From: Candidatus Woesearchaeota archaeon
GTDB taxonomy: Archaea; Nanobdellota; Nanobdellia; SCGC-AAA011-G17; UBA489
Direction: 5' to 3'
Length of the DNA stretch: 64,000 bases
NCBI GenBank assembly: GCA_016845225.1
Contig: JAERTB010000016.1
Coordinates: 13,923 to 77,922, forward strand
This document shows positions 39,049 to 48,722 of the stretch, one piece after another. Each line of letters starts with the position of its first letter. Within the stretch, counting starts at the first letter, position 1. The notes under the pieces are model-generated. The model was not told where the DNA came from. It did no database searches and worked only from the letters and a program-made list of their open reading frames with translations. A program made the translations under genes and the position numbers.

Positions 39049-39480
39049 TTTTTTATAATTTTATTTATGTCATAGATATCTCTCTATAATCAATCAAATC
39101 TTAGAAAATAAATAACTAACAAAACTCACAAACGTTATCAGATTTTGTAATTTTTGGTTTACCTTTCTTTTTCTTTTTCTTTTTAAAAATATCAAAGATC
39201 CCCATATCTAAAAAAATCAGTTTTTGTATATTTAAATCTTTCTTGAAAATGTTTCACCAACTAGTAATCATATACTCTTAAATAAATAAACCTATTCAGT
39301 ATATCAATGAACATAATCAGTAGTATGCCAAGTTATAGAACAACACTTACTACTGTGAAGAATATTTCTATTAAATTCAACTAAACCGGCTCAAGTCTTT
39401 GGTTGTTTTCAACATCAATTGGTTTGGGCCTTACTTCTAAGACATAATTAGAGTTATCTAAATTAAATGAACTATCATAA

Positions 39481-39747
39481 ATGGAGGAAATTAAAAAAAT
39501 GGTTCAACAAATGGATGCAGGATTAGTTCCTGATAGAGTACAAAGGCCATGTAGGTTATGTATGGCAGATCAAGCACATTACAGAATGGGAGAAGTAGAA
39601 GCGGATGAATTGGGATTATTAAGCGCAGAATTCCAATGTATGGGATGTATGGAAATAGTTCCAGTAGCCGTAGGAAGAGAGGAGTTTAAACATGAAGAAA
39701 TATATATTAGGTCCATCAATAATCCCAAACCTACAACATCTTTTTGA
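39481..39747 (+). CDS. Possible small zinc-ribbon protein (88 aa)
   Basis: It has CRLC...(27 aa)...CMGC. Its composition is somewhat GC-richer than the flanks. It overlaps the 3' end of the convergent minus-strand ORF by 17 nt. Confidence 0.3.
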   Translation: MEEIKKMVQQMDAGLVPDRVQRPCRLCMADQAHYRMGEVEADELGLLSAEFQCMGCMEIVPVAVGREEFKHEEIYIRSINNPKPTTSF

Positions 39748-40000
39748 TTTTGTCAGGGTATTCAGGGAAGTATTTAGTAATTACCATAATGTCAAATTCA
39801 CTTAGTATAGACTCTTTTGGTTCTCTTTCTAATAAAAATTCAAAAGATTTCTCAATTAACAATTCTTTACTACACATTTTATCACATAACATTTGCCAAT
39901 CCTGTTCATGAACAAAAATAGTATGTTCCGTAGTTTCACCGTTCTCCTGTATTCTAACTAAAAATTCATCTTCGTTTATTTTCTCAACAATGATTTCCAT
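39731..40000 (-). CDS. Hypothetical small protein downstream of M42 peptidase
   Basis: The 89-aa ORF is acidic and lies immediately downstream (2-nt gap) of the peptidase gene on the same strand. Confidence 0.4.
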   Translation of the reverse strand: MEIIVEKINEDEFLVRIQENGETTEHTIFVHEQDWQMLCDKMCSKELLIEKSFEFLLEREPKESILSEFDIMVITKYFPEYPDKIKKML

Positions 40001-40001
40001 T

Positions 40002-41024
40002 TTACAAACAAATCCTTGGCGGATTTTTTAAAAGAAGTTCGATTAACTTTATTGCATCTTTAATATCTTGTTTATGTGCAACACTTGTAGTTGTATGGAT
40101 GTTTCTAACTGCAACCCCAACGACGCCACAAGGAAGTCCACCCTTAGAAACTGCAACATTCAATGCATCAGTTGTTCCAAAATCACTAACGTCTGGTTGG
40201 AATGGAATTTTATTTTTTCTTGCAATATCAAACAACCACTTATTGATACATCTAGTAGTCATCATTTCTCCATCTTTAACCACAACAACAGGGCCATGAC
40301 CCAAACATTTAACTGCGCCACCCATCTTTCCATCTCCGGCTTCTGTAACATCTACAACGATTGCATAATCTGGATCAATTGAATAAACAGAAGTTTTAGC
40401 ACCAAATAATCCAATCTCTTCTTGAACAGTAAACACATAATACATATCAGCTTTAGATTTTTTTAATTTTTTAGCCAATTCAATTAACATATAACAACCA
40501 ACTCTATCGTCTAGAGCCTTACCAGAAACAAAGTCTCCGCCTTCACCAAGTTCTAAATAGTCTTTTACAATATAAACATAATCTCCGGGAATAACTCCTG
40601 CCTTATCTACTTCTTCTCTAGTCATACCTACATCAACATATAAATTGCCCATGCCTGGCAGTTCTTCTAATTCATTACTGTCCTGGATATCTCTGGTAGT
40701 AATTAATCCTTCAAGCTTCTTACCTTTACTAGTAACTACTTGGACATTTTCTCCAAGCAAGGTGATGGGTTCCAAACCACCAATTGCAGAAATAAAAATT
40801 TTACCTTCTCTATCAACTTCTCCAACCATTAAACCTACTTCGTCCATGTGAGCTGCAAGCATTACAGAAACACCTTTGCCTTTTTGTCTAGCAATAAGAT
40901 TCCCATACTTATCTGTATACATCTCATCAACATACGGTTTAAGCTCTTTTTTGATAAGTGTTCTAACTACTGATTCATTTCCACTAGGACCTTGTGCTTC
41001 GCTAAGTTTTTTTAGAAGATTCAT
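40002..41024 (-). CDS. M42-family (TET/FrvX-like) aminopeptidase
   Basis: A metal-binding block MLAAHMDEVGLMV is present, with additional DVTEAGDG and VAVRNIHT blocks. The length is 340 aa. Confidence 0.8.
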   Translation of the reverse strand: MNLLKKLSEAQGPSGNESVVRTLIKKELKPYVDEMYTDKYGNLIARQKGKGVSVMLAAHMDEVGLMVGEVDREGKIFISAIGGLEPITLLGENVQVVTSKGKKLEGLITTRDIQDSNELEELPGMGNLYVDVGMTREEVDKAGVIPGDYVYIVKDYLELGEGGDFVSGKALDDRVGCYMLIELAKKLKKSKADMYYVFTVQEEIGLFGAKTSVYSIDPDYAIVVDVTEAGDGKMGGAVKCLGHGPVVVVKDGEMMTTRCINKWLFDIARKNKIPFQPDVSDFGTTDALNVAVSKGGLPCGVVGVAVRNIHTTTSVAHKQDIKDAIKLIELLLKNPPRICL

Positions 41025-41127
41025 ACTTCACCTCTATACAATTCAAATCTCTCAATTTATTTAAAACTTTCTTTATAAATCTCTTAAACAAAAGCATATA
41101 AATCCATTATTTCTATCAAATTGTGAA

Positions 41128-42933
41128 ATGGCAAGAAGAATAGCAATCATAGAGCAGGACAAGTGTCACCCAGATAAATGTGGTAACTTACTTTGTGCTA
41201 GACTGTGTCCTGTCAATAGAAAGGGAGAAGATTGTATTTCTAAAGGAGAATTAACAAAAAAAGCAATTATTGATGAAAAACAATGTACTGGGTGCGGAAT
41301 TTGTCCAAAAAGATGTCCTTTTGAAGCAATTCACATTATAAATTTACCAGAAAAATTAGAAGGAAACCCTATTCACAGATTTGGAAAAAACTCTTTTGAA
41401 TTATTCAATCTTCCGACAATTAAACCAGGTTCAGTAGTTGGATTAATTGGAAGAAATGGAATTGGAAAATCAACAGCTTTTGAAGTTTTAGCAGGAAACA
41501 TAACGCCTAACAATGGAAATTATGAGACTGAAATTACAGAAGAGAATATTAAATTACTAAAAGAAAGTATTTTACAAAAATATTCAAATTCTCAAACTGG
41601 AGAATATTTAACAAAAGTTTTTGATAAAAAAATAACAATTTCCTACAAACCACAAAGAATAGAATTACTTCCAAAACTATTTACTGGAAAAGTTATCGAA
41701 TTATTAGAAAAAGTTGATGAAAAAGGAAAATTGAATGAGATGATGGAGTTATTAGACATAACTCAAGTAAAAGATAATACTATCTCTGATTTATCTGGAG
41801 GAGAACTACAAAAAGTAGCAATCATTGCAACAGCATTAAAGAAAGCAGATGTATATTATTTTGATGAACCTTCTTCATTCTTAGATATTACTTCGAGAGT
41901 TAAGATGGCAAAATTAATCCAGTCATTAAAAGAAGATAATTCAGCAGTTATGGTTATTGAACATGATATTGCAACTCTAGATTATATTTCAGATGAAATC
42001 CAAATAGTATACGGTGAAAGGGCATGTTATGGTGTTACATCTATCTCTAAAGGAGTAAGAAATGGGATTAATGATTATTTAGAAGGATACCTGCCAGAGG
42101 ATAATGTGCGTTTCAGAGATTATCAAATTAAATTCTCAAGATCAATTGCAGAATTAAAAGAAGATGCAGATACTTTAGTTTCTTATAAAAATTTAAAAAA
42201 ATCTTTTGAAAATTTCAAAATGAATGTAGAAGAAGGAGAAATAAAACGTGGAGAGGTTTTAGCAATCATGGGTTCAAATGGATTAGGTAAATCTACATTT
42301 TTAAAAATGATTTCAAATAAAATAAAAGCAGACGAGGGGGAAATAGAAGGAGAATCAGAAATGAAAATTTCTTACAAACCTCAATACCCTGAACCAGAAG
42401 ATATTGTAGTAGAAGACTATCTTAAACATCATGCAGGTAAGGAAATGCAATCTGGATGGTATGAACAAAATATTTTAGAAAAGTTAAATATTAAATCAAT
42501 TCTAAAAAATAATTTAAAAAATCTATCTGGAGGAGAACTACAAAAAGTATTTGTTGCGGGGTGTCTTTCTGGCGAATCAGATTTAATTGTTTTAGATGAA
42601 CCTTCAGCATTCATAGATATAGAAGATAGAATTAATATTGCAGAAGTAATTAAAGAATTTACCAGAAAAAAAGAGATTGCATGCGTAGTAGTTGATCACG
42701 ATGTTCAATTTATAGAATATCTCGGAGATAAGATGCTAGTATTCGAAGGAATTCCGGGAAAAGAAGGGTCTGTTTATGGTCCATGTCCAAAAGAAGAAGG
42801 GATGAACAGAGTTCTAAAGATGTTAGAAATAACTTACAGAAAAGATAAAGATACAAATAGGGCAAGAATCAACAAACCAAATTCACAATTAGACAAAGAA
42901 CAGAGAACAAGCGGAAATTATTACTACATTTAA
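41128..42933 (+). CDS. abcE1: ABCE1/RLI ribosome-recycling ATPase
   Basis: An N-terminal 2x[4Fe-4S] domain (CHPDKCGNLLCARLCP; CTGCGICPKRCPFEAI) is followed by twin ABC cassettes (GRNGIGKST, LSGGELQKV, GSNGLGKST). Confidence 0.9.
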   Translation: MARRIAIIEQDKCHPDKCGNLLCARLCPVNRKGEDCISKGELTKKAIIDEKQCTGCGICPKRCPFEAIHIINLPEKLEGNPIHRFGKNSFELFNLPTIKPGSVVGLIGRNGIGKSTAFEVLAGNITPNNGNYETEITEENIKLLKESILQKYSNSQTGEYLTKVFDKKITISYKPQRIELLPKLFTGKVIELLEKVDEKGKLNEMMELLDITQVKDNTISDLSGGELQKVAIIATALKKADVYYFDEPSSFLDITSRVKMAKLIQSLKEDNSAVMVIEHDIATLDYISDEIQIVYGERACYGVTSISKGVRNGINDYLEGYLPEDNVRFRDYQIKFSRSIAELKEDADTLVSYKNLKKSFENFKMNVEEGEIKRGEVLAIMGSNGLGKSTFLKMISNKIKADEGEIEGESEMKISYKPQYPEPEDIVVEDYLKHHAGKEMQSGWYEQNILEKLNIKSILKNNLKNLSGGELQKVFVAGCLSGESDLIVLDEPSAFIDIEDRINIAEVIKEFTRKKEIACVVVDHDVQFIEYLGDKMLVFEGIPGKEGSVYGPCPKEEGMNRVLKMLEITYRKDKDTNRARINKPNSQLDKEQRTSGNYYYI

Positions 42934-43006
42934 TCAAATAGTTTAAAACATATATACCAATTCTATCAAATCTTTATAAATAATTAAATACTTACTAATT
43001 CTCAAC

Positions 43007-43059
43007 ACACAAGATATAGTGGTCCATATAATAAAAATACACTATCTCTAGTAGAGTGT
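43007..43059. promoter_or_regulatory. Two candidate NrdR boxes upstream of nrdR
   Basis: Box 1 at 43007-43022 is ACACAAGATATAGTGG, matching the NrdR-box consensus acacWAtATaTWgtgt at 14 of 16 positions. Box 2 at 43039-43059 is ACACTATCTCTAGTAGAGTGT, an imperfect palindrome with ACACT/AGTGT arms. Their centres are about 34 bp apart, 20-70 bp upstream of the nrdR ATG at 43079. Confidence 0.4.
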
Positions 43060-43078
43060 TACCTTGGAGTGATTAATC

Positions 43079-43522
43079 ATGTTATGTCCCTACTGTCAAA
43101 ATCAAGATACAAAAGTAATAGACAGTAGAGAAACAGAAAACGAAGAAGCAACAAGAAGACGTAGAGAATGTCTCAAATGTCAAAAAAGATTCACAACTTA
43201 TGAACGAGTTGAAACAGATTTGAGAGTAATAAAAAAAGACGGAACAGTAACTAATTATCAAAGAGACAAATTAAAATTAGGAATTTTAAAATCTTGTGAA
43301 AAAAGACCAGTTGAAACAGAAACGATTCATAATACCGTTAACAAAATAGAAGCAGAGTTAAGAGAAAAACAAAAAACAGACATCCCTTCAAAATTAATTG
43401 GAGAATTAGTTATGAAGGAATTAAAGAAATTAGACAAAATAGCATATATCAGATTCGCATCAGTCTACAAAGACTTTGAAGATATTGGTTCATTTGAAGA
43501 TGAACTAAAAAAACTAAAATAG
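43079..43522 (+). CDS. nrdR: Transcriptional repressor NrdR
   Basis: An N-terminal zinc ribbon MLCPYCQNQDTKVIDSRE...CLKCQKRFTTYERVE is followed by an ATP-cone. It is 147 aa and lies immediately upstream of the RNR gene. Confidence 0.85.
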   Translation: MLCPYCQNQDTKVIDSRETENEEATRRRRECLKCQKRFTTYERVETDLRVIKKDGTVTNYQRDKLKLGILKSCEKRPVETETIHNTVNKIEAELREKQKTDIPSKLIGELVMKELKKLDKIAYIRFASVYKDFEDIGSFEDELKKLK

Positions 43523-43535
43523 GGGAGAAAATAAA

Positions 43536-45641
43536 ATGAGTTTAGAATCAAAAATTAATTACACAAATGGAGACTTAAAGAATCCAATACAAACAAGAAT
43601 AGTAGAGCGTCTTAACGATGAAAGTTATGTTCCTTTTGAATTAGATCATGGATTTGTAAACAAATACCAAAAAGAAAAAGCCCCCTTTGGTTTTAATGGA
43701 TTAGGAGAAATTACATTTTATAGAACTTATTCTAGACTTAAAGAAGACGGCTCAAATGAAAATTGGGCAGATACTGTAGAACGTGTAGTTAATGGAACAT
43801 ATAACATGCAAAAAAGATGGATTGAAGAAAGGGGTATTGATTGGAGTGAAGCAAAAGCACAAGACAGTGCGCAAGAAATGTATGATAGAATGTTTAATAT
43901 GAAGTTTCTTCCACCTGGAAGAGGACTCTGGGGAATGGGAAGTGCTATTACAGAAGAGAGAGGAACATATGCAGCATTAAACAATTGCGCATTTGTTTCT
44001 ACAGAAAATTTACAAGAAGATTATTCAAAACCATTTACTTTCTTAATGGATGCTTCAATGTTAGGAGTGGGAGTAGGTTTTGATACAAAGGGTGCAGGAA
44101 AAGTAATCATCAGGGGCCCAGATCAACACAGGCAAAAAGAAATGTATGATGTACCTGACTCAAGGGAGGGATGGGTAAAAAGTGTAGGAATTTTATTGGA
44201 TAGTTATTTTTTAGGAACTCCTGAAGTTGAATTTGGTTATGACAGATTAAGACCAGAAGGAGAATTGATCAAAGGATTTGGAGGAAAAGCTTCAGGTCCG
44301 GACCCATTAAGAGAACTTCATAAGAATGTCCGAGGAGTATTAAACAAAGAAAGAGGCAGGCCTATGTCAACAAGAGCAATTGTAGACATACAAAACCTAA
44401 TTGGTAAATGTGTAGTTGCAGGGAATGTGAGAAGAACTGCAGAAATTTCTTTCGGTGATCCTTTCTCAGACGAATATTTAGATTTAAAGAATTACAAAGT
44501 TAATCCAGAAAGAGAAGCACATGGATGGGCAAGTAATAATTCTGTTTTTGCAGAATTGGGAATGGATTATTCAGATATTGCAGAAAGAATTAGAATTAAT
44601 GGTGAACCTGGAATTGCGTGGTTAGACAATATGAAAGAGTTTGGCCGTATGAATGGTCAAAAAGATCACAAAGATCATAGAGCTGGTGGAGGAAATCCAT
44701 GTTTAGAACAAACATTAGAAAGTTATGAGTTATGTTGTTTAGTTGAAAACTTTCCAAATAGGCACGAATCCATGGAAGATTTCTTACGAACACTAAAATT
44801 TTCATATTTATATGCTAAAACTGTAACTCTTGGAGAAACACATTGGCCAGAAACCAACAGAGTTCTATTAAGAAATAGAAGGATAGGTTGTTCAGTTAGC
44901 GGAGTTGCTCAATTTGTTTCAGACAAAGGAATTGGGGAATTAGAAACTTGGTTGAACGAAGGTTATGATACAATAGATAAATACGATGAAGTTTACAGTG
45001 ATTGGTTATGTATTCCAAGATCAATTAAAACAACTTCAGTAAAGCCTTCTGGAACTGTTAGTCTTTTAGCTGGTTCAACTCCTGGAGTTCATTTTCCAGC
45101 ATCAGAGTATTACATAAGAAGAGTAAGACTTGCAAAAAACAGTGACATTGTTGATCATTTAGCAGAAGCAGGATATCCTTTAGAACCTGCAGTAGGTTCA
45201 GAAGACTCCACACTGGTAACAGAAATTCCCGTTCATGCAGGAGAAGGAATAAGAACAGAAGACGATGTTTCCATGTGGGAACAATTAGGAATTGCTGCAT
45301 TCCTGCAAAAACATTGGGCAGATAATCAAATAAGTTGTACAGTTAAGTTTGATCCAGAAACAGAAGGAAAAGACATTCAACATGCATTAGATATTTATCA
45401 ATCCCAACTTAAGGGGATCAGTTTTTTACCTAAATTAGAAGAAGGAGCATATCCTCAAATGCCTTATGAACCAATAAACAAAGAAGAATATGAAGAAAAA
45501 CTTTCACACCTTAAACCTTTAAACCTAGGGCAAATAAAAAATGAAAAAGCTATTCCAGAAAAATTCTGCGACGGAGATACATGTGCTTTAGAAATGGCAA
45601 CTGAAGAAGTTAAACAAACTGAAGAGGTCAAGGTACAATGA
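43536..45641 (+). CDS. nrdJ: Class II (adenosylcobalamin-dependent) ribonucleotide reductase
   Basis: A 701-aa monomeric-type RNR with active-site region GGGNPCLEQTLESYELCCLVE and a C-terminal redox Cys pair CDGDTC. Confidence 0.8.
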   Translation: MSLESKINYTNGDLKNPIQTRIVERLNDESYVPFELDHGFVNKYQKEKAPFGFNGLGEITFYRTYSRLKEDGSNENWADTVERVVNGTYNMQKRWIEERGIDWSEAKAQDSAQEMYDRMFNMKFLPPGRGLWGMGSAITEERGTYAALNNCAFVSTENLQEDYSKPFTFLMDASMLGVGVGFDTKGAGKVIIRGPDQHRQKEMYDVPDSREGWVKSVGILLDSYFLGTPEVEFGYDRLRPEGELIKGFGGKASGPDPLRELHKNVRGVLNKERGRPMSTRAIVDIQNLIGKCVVAGNVRRTAEISFGDPFSDEYLDLKNYKVNPEREAHGWASNNSVFAELGMDYSDIAERIRINGEPGIAWLDNMKEFGRMNGQKDHKDHRAGGGNPCLEQTLESYELCCLVENFPNRHESMEDFLRTLKFSYLYAKTVTLGETHWPETNRVLLRNRRIGCSVSGVAQFVSDKGIGELETWLNEGYDTIDKYDEVYSDWLCIPRSIKTTSVKPSGTVSLLAGSTPGVHFPASEYYIRRVRLAKNSDIVDHLAEAGYPLEPAVGSEDSTLVTEIPVHAGEGIRTEDDVSMWEQLGIAAFLQKHWADNQISCTVKFDPETEGKDIQHALDIYQSQLKGISFLPKLEEGAYPQMPYEPINKEEYEEKLSHLKPLNLGQIKNEKAIPEKFCDGDTCALEMATEEVKQTEEVKVQ

Positions 45642-46069
45642 TTAACATAAAGTTCAAAAAATTACATGAAGACGCATTAATTCCTGCATATGCAAAACAA
45701 GGAGATGCAGGAATGGATGTTTGTTCAATTGATAATTATGAACTTTCTCCAAATAATTCTATTTTAGTTAAGACAGGGTTGGCAATGGAACTTCCATTTG
45801 GATATGAAGCACAAGTTAGACCTCGTTCAGGTTTAGCATACAAAAATCAAATAACTGTGTTAAATTCTCCTGGAACTATCGATTCAGGCTACAGAAATGA
45901 AATTGGTGTAATATTAATTAATCATGGAAAAGAAATTTTTAACATTAAAAAAGGGGAAAGGATCGCACAGTTAGTTATTGCAAAACACGAAACACCTACA
46001 ATTGAAGAAGTTATTAAACTTACTGAATCTGAAAGAGGCTTAGGCGGTTTTGGAAGTACTGGAAAATAA
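45638..46069 (+). CDS. dut: dUTP diphosphatase
   Basis: The motifs AGMDV, RSGLA and GTIDSGYRNE are present, with C-terminal ERGLGGFGSTG. It shares a 4-nt overlap with nrdJ. Confidence 0.85.
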   Translation: MINIKFKKLHEDALIPAYAKQGDAGMDVCSIDNYELSPNNSILVKTGLAMELPFGYEAQVRPRSGLAYKNQITVLNSPGTIDSGYRNEIGVILINHGKEIFNIKKGERIAQLVIAKHETPTIEEVIKLTESERGLGGFGSTGK

Positions 46070-46441
46070 TTACAAATCAAAACCAACTAGAAGTGTAGCT
46101 TCCTCTGGTTTCAAAGAAAGTTTTAAACTATCAATCAATTCTTGATGCATTTTAAATCCAGGAGATGAAGATACCACATTATCTGCAGTTATTTCTGGAA
46201 AACTAATCCCTGGAAAAGTAATATTGTTGCCTTCAGTCTTAACAATTGCATCTGTAGGATCTCTAAAACTAGAATCATGAGATAATAGTAGGGTGTGTCT
46301 TCTTTTCAAAGACTCAAAAACTCCATGGTTATTTGTTTCTTCAACATTCATTATTCTCTCTTTAAATCCATCGTCCAGAACTTTAAGTACAGTCAGTCCT
46401 TGAATTTTATTAAGATCTTCTTTAATTTTTAATAATTCCAT
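46070..46441 (-). CDS. Hypothetical protein
   Basis: A 123-aa ORF with typical local composition. No recognisable motif was found. Confidence 0.35.
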   Translation of the reverse strand: MELLKIKEDLNKIQGLTVLKVLDDGFKERIMNVEETNNHGVFESLKRRHTLLLSHDSSFRDPTDAIVKTEGNNITFPGISFPEITADNVVSSSPGFKMHQELIDSLKLSLKPEEATLLVGFDL

Positions 46442-46492
46442 GACTCAAACTTAATACATATATTTTTAAAAGTTTCCAATATTAATCACTTA

Positions 46493-46780
46493 ATGGAAGA
46501 TAAAAATGATTATTTAGAAGATATAGTCGTTTCCTCGCCAGCATATAGGCTAGATAAGCGAGAAATTGATTTAATTTACTTAAAATTTGATAATTTAGAG
46601 AATCAAGAAAAAGCAGAAGTTAAAGAAGTTTTTACATCTTTATGTTACGACAGAGGATATTGTTGTAGCAGAGGGGTGGATTATGAGAGTTTAAGTTCAT
46701 TGGATAATCCAGATAAATTTAAAGAAGTAGTTGTAGATGCTTACAGATTATATTCTTCTAGAAAAGAGAAACTCACATAG
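46493..46780 (+). CDS. Hypothetical protein
   Basis: A 95-aa acidic ORF containing YCCSRG. No recognisable family was found. Confidence 0.35.
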   Translation: MEDKNDYLEDIVVSSPAYRLDKREIDLIYLKFDNLENQEKAEVKEVFTSLCYDRGYCCSRGVDYESLSSLDNPDKFKEVVVDAYRLYSSRKEKLT

Positions 46781-47609
46781 CACTTTTCAGAGCCTTAATT
46801 GCTACTTCCAATTGTTTGTCATCTGGTTCATTAGTAGTTATTTTTTGCAACCATAATCCTGGCGTAACTAATAGTCCTAAAATTTTGCTAGGATTTCTAG
46901 CATTCAATCTTAATAATTCATAACTAATCATAGCAATAATTGGAATTAATACAAGTCTATGTAACAACTTAATCCACCAACTTTCGCTCCAAACCAGAGA
47001 GAACATTATAATACTAATAACCAATACAATAAAGATAAATGAAGTTCCACATCTAGGATGGATTGTTGAAAATTTCTTAGCATTTTTTACAGTTAGTGCT
47101 TTTCCAGATTCATAACAACTAACAGCCTTATGTTCTGCTCCATGATACTGAAAAATTCTTTTAACATCTTCAAATCTAGAAATAAACCACAAATAGCCTA
47201 CAAAAAATATAACTCTCCAAATTCCATCAACTATGTTGAAAATAATCCTATCTTCTGAAGCAAACTTGCTCAACCATAAGGGAAGTACAATAAACAATCC
47301 AATAGCAATTGAAAAAGAAAATATCAACATAAAGAAAATTCCCCAACTTCCAATTTCTTCTTCCTCTTCCAAACTTTCATTACTGCTCCAAGTTAATGCC
47401 TTAGTTCCAATTATCAACATCTCAAATAATGAAATTAATCCTCTCAAAAATATCATATCTTTAAATTTTTCAGAAATATTGCTTCTTTTTTCAATTTTAG
47501 TTTTAATTTTACCGTTTTCTTTACGCACAGCAATTGCTATTTTCTTCCTACTAGCCATCATTACGCCTTCCATAACGGCCTGTCCGCCAATATATTCTTT
47601 CATAATCAT
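46773..47609 (-). CDS. Polytopic membrane protein, DUF1385-like (HGAEHK motif)
   Basis: HGAEHKAVSCYESG lies between TM helices, with HPRCGTSF downstream. This resembles the YqhQ/DUF1385 family (from memory). Confidence 0.45.
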   Translation of the reverse strand: MIMKEYIGGQAVMEGVMMASRKKIAIAVRKENGKIKTKIEKRSNISEKFKDMIFLRGLISLFEMLIIGTKALTWSSNESLEEEEEIGSWGIFFMLIFSFSIAIGLFIVLPLWLSKFASEDRIIFNIVDGIWRVIFFVGYLWFISRFEDVKRIFQYHGAEHKAVSCYESGKALTVKNAKKFSTIHPRCGTSFIFIVLVISIIMFSLVWSESWWIKLLHRLVLIPIIAMISYELLRLNARNPSKILGLLVTPGLWLQKITTNEPDDKQLEVAIKALKSAM

Positions 47610-47653
47610 TCAATCTAAACAAGATTTAAAAAGCTTTAGAGCATTAAAAAACT

Positions 47654-47806
47654 CATGAAATGCGACGTTTGCAAGGAAAAAATAGAAGAAAATTTCCTAC
47701 AAAAAATCCAAGGAACATACATAGGCTCAGGTAAAAGTAAAAAAGCAATTTGTCAAAACTGTCAAAAAACTCATTCTATTGAAGAATTAAAAGAGAAATT
47801 AAAATA
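47654..47806 (+). CDS. Small zinc-ribbon protein (50 aa)
   Basis: MKCDVCKEKIEENFLQKIQGTYIGSGKSKKAICQNCQKTHSIEELKEKLK has CxxC...CxxC. It fills a gap upstream of the tRNA. It is below the ORF-track size cutoff. Confidence 0.3.
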
Positions 47807-47811
47807 ACTCT

Positions 47812-47883
47812 CGCCACCGTGGCTCAATGGTAGAGCATCGCTCTCGTAAAGCGAAGGTTGAGGGTTCAAGTCCCTTCGGTGGC
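47812..47883 (+). tRNA. tRNA-Thr (anticodon CGU)
   Basis: The cloverleaf has acceptor GCCACCG/CGGTGGC, D-arm GCTC-AATGGTA-GAGC, anticodon stem TCGCT/AGCGA with loop CTCGTAA, and T-arm GAGGG-TTCAAGT-CCCTT. The length is 72 nt. Confidence 0.8.
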
Positions 47884-47957
47884 TTTTAGATCAAAATTTT
47901 AGTATTAGATAGGTTTATATATTATTAGTTACTAATTAGTAGTGAATATATATTAAA

Positions 47958-48722
47958 ATGAATCTATTAAATAAAATATTGGCGGCTTCAGCCATAACTT
48001 TGGGCTCCTGTACATCAATGGAGAGTAATTCAAAATTCGACCCTTTAGCAGATAATTCTCCAAATTATATTTTACAAACTAATGAATATCTTACTAAAAC
48101 AGAAAATGAAATTTTAGATAATGCTGATAAAAATAGAGTTATGATGTTCGGAGAAGACCATAATAATCAAAAAGATGATGCATTTTTCAAATATATGCTA
48201 CCTAAATTAAAAGAAAAAGGATATGCTCGTTTAGGAATAGAATTAGATAGAGAAAGAGATAATGGAAGTTTAGAAGATTATATTTCAGAAAGTTCCACCC
48301 AATCAGAATTTTTAGGAAATCTTCAAGCATCTCTAAACTATTTTGGAGACAATCATATTGATATCATAAATAAAGCAAAGGAGAACAACATAGATGTTTT
48401 TTTTTATGACTCAACACCTCAAAAACAAAAAGAAATATTTTCAAATGAAAGAGAAGTTAATTCTTTAAAAAATATTATTGATGAAGGTCTTTTAGATGAT
48501 CCAAATTCTAAGTTTTTAATTTATTGTGGAGGCATACATATAATTGAAAAATCTTTCAAAGAAGATGGAGAAATAAAAGCCAAGTTAGGAAAATTATTAA
48601 ACCATTACACTGAAGGCAAAACCTATTCAATTGCAATCGGAGATTTTTTTAATTCAACTGAATATTCTGATATTGTTGTAGATTTAGAAAAGATTAATTT
48701 CCTGAACCCAGTCCAACCATAA
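47958..48722 (+). CDS. Lipoprotein-like secreted protein of the ChaN/TraB/Tiki (GumN) superfamily
   Basis: Signal plus LGSC lipobox-like N-terminus; VMMFGEDHNNQKDD (GExH motif) and YCGGIHI (GxxH) resemble ChaN/Tiki-family motifs. Confidence 0.45.
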   Translation: MNLLNKILAASAITLGSCTSMESNSKFDPLADNSPNYILQTNEYLTKTENEILDNADKNRVMMFGEDHNNQKDDAFFKYMLPKLKEKGYARLGIELDRERDNGSLEDYISESSTQSEFLGNLQASLNYFGDNHIDIINKAKENNIDVFFYDSTPQKQKEIFSNEREVNSLKNIIDEGLLDDPNSKFLIYCGGIHIIEKSFKEDGEIKAKLGKLLNHYTEGKTYSIAIGDFFNSTEYSDIVVDLEKINFLNPVQP

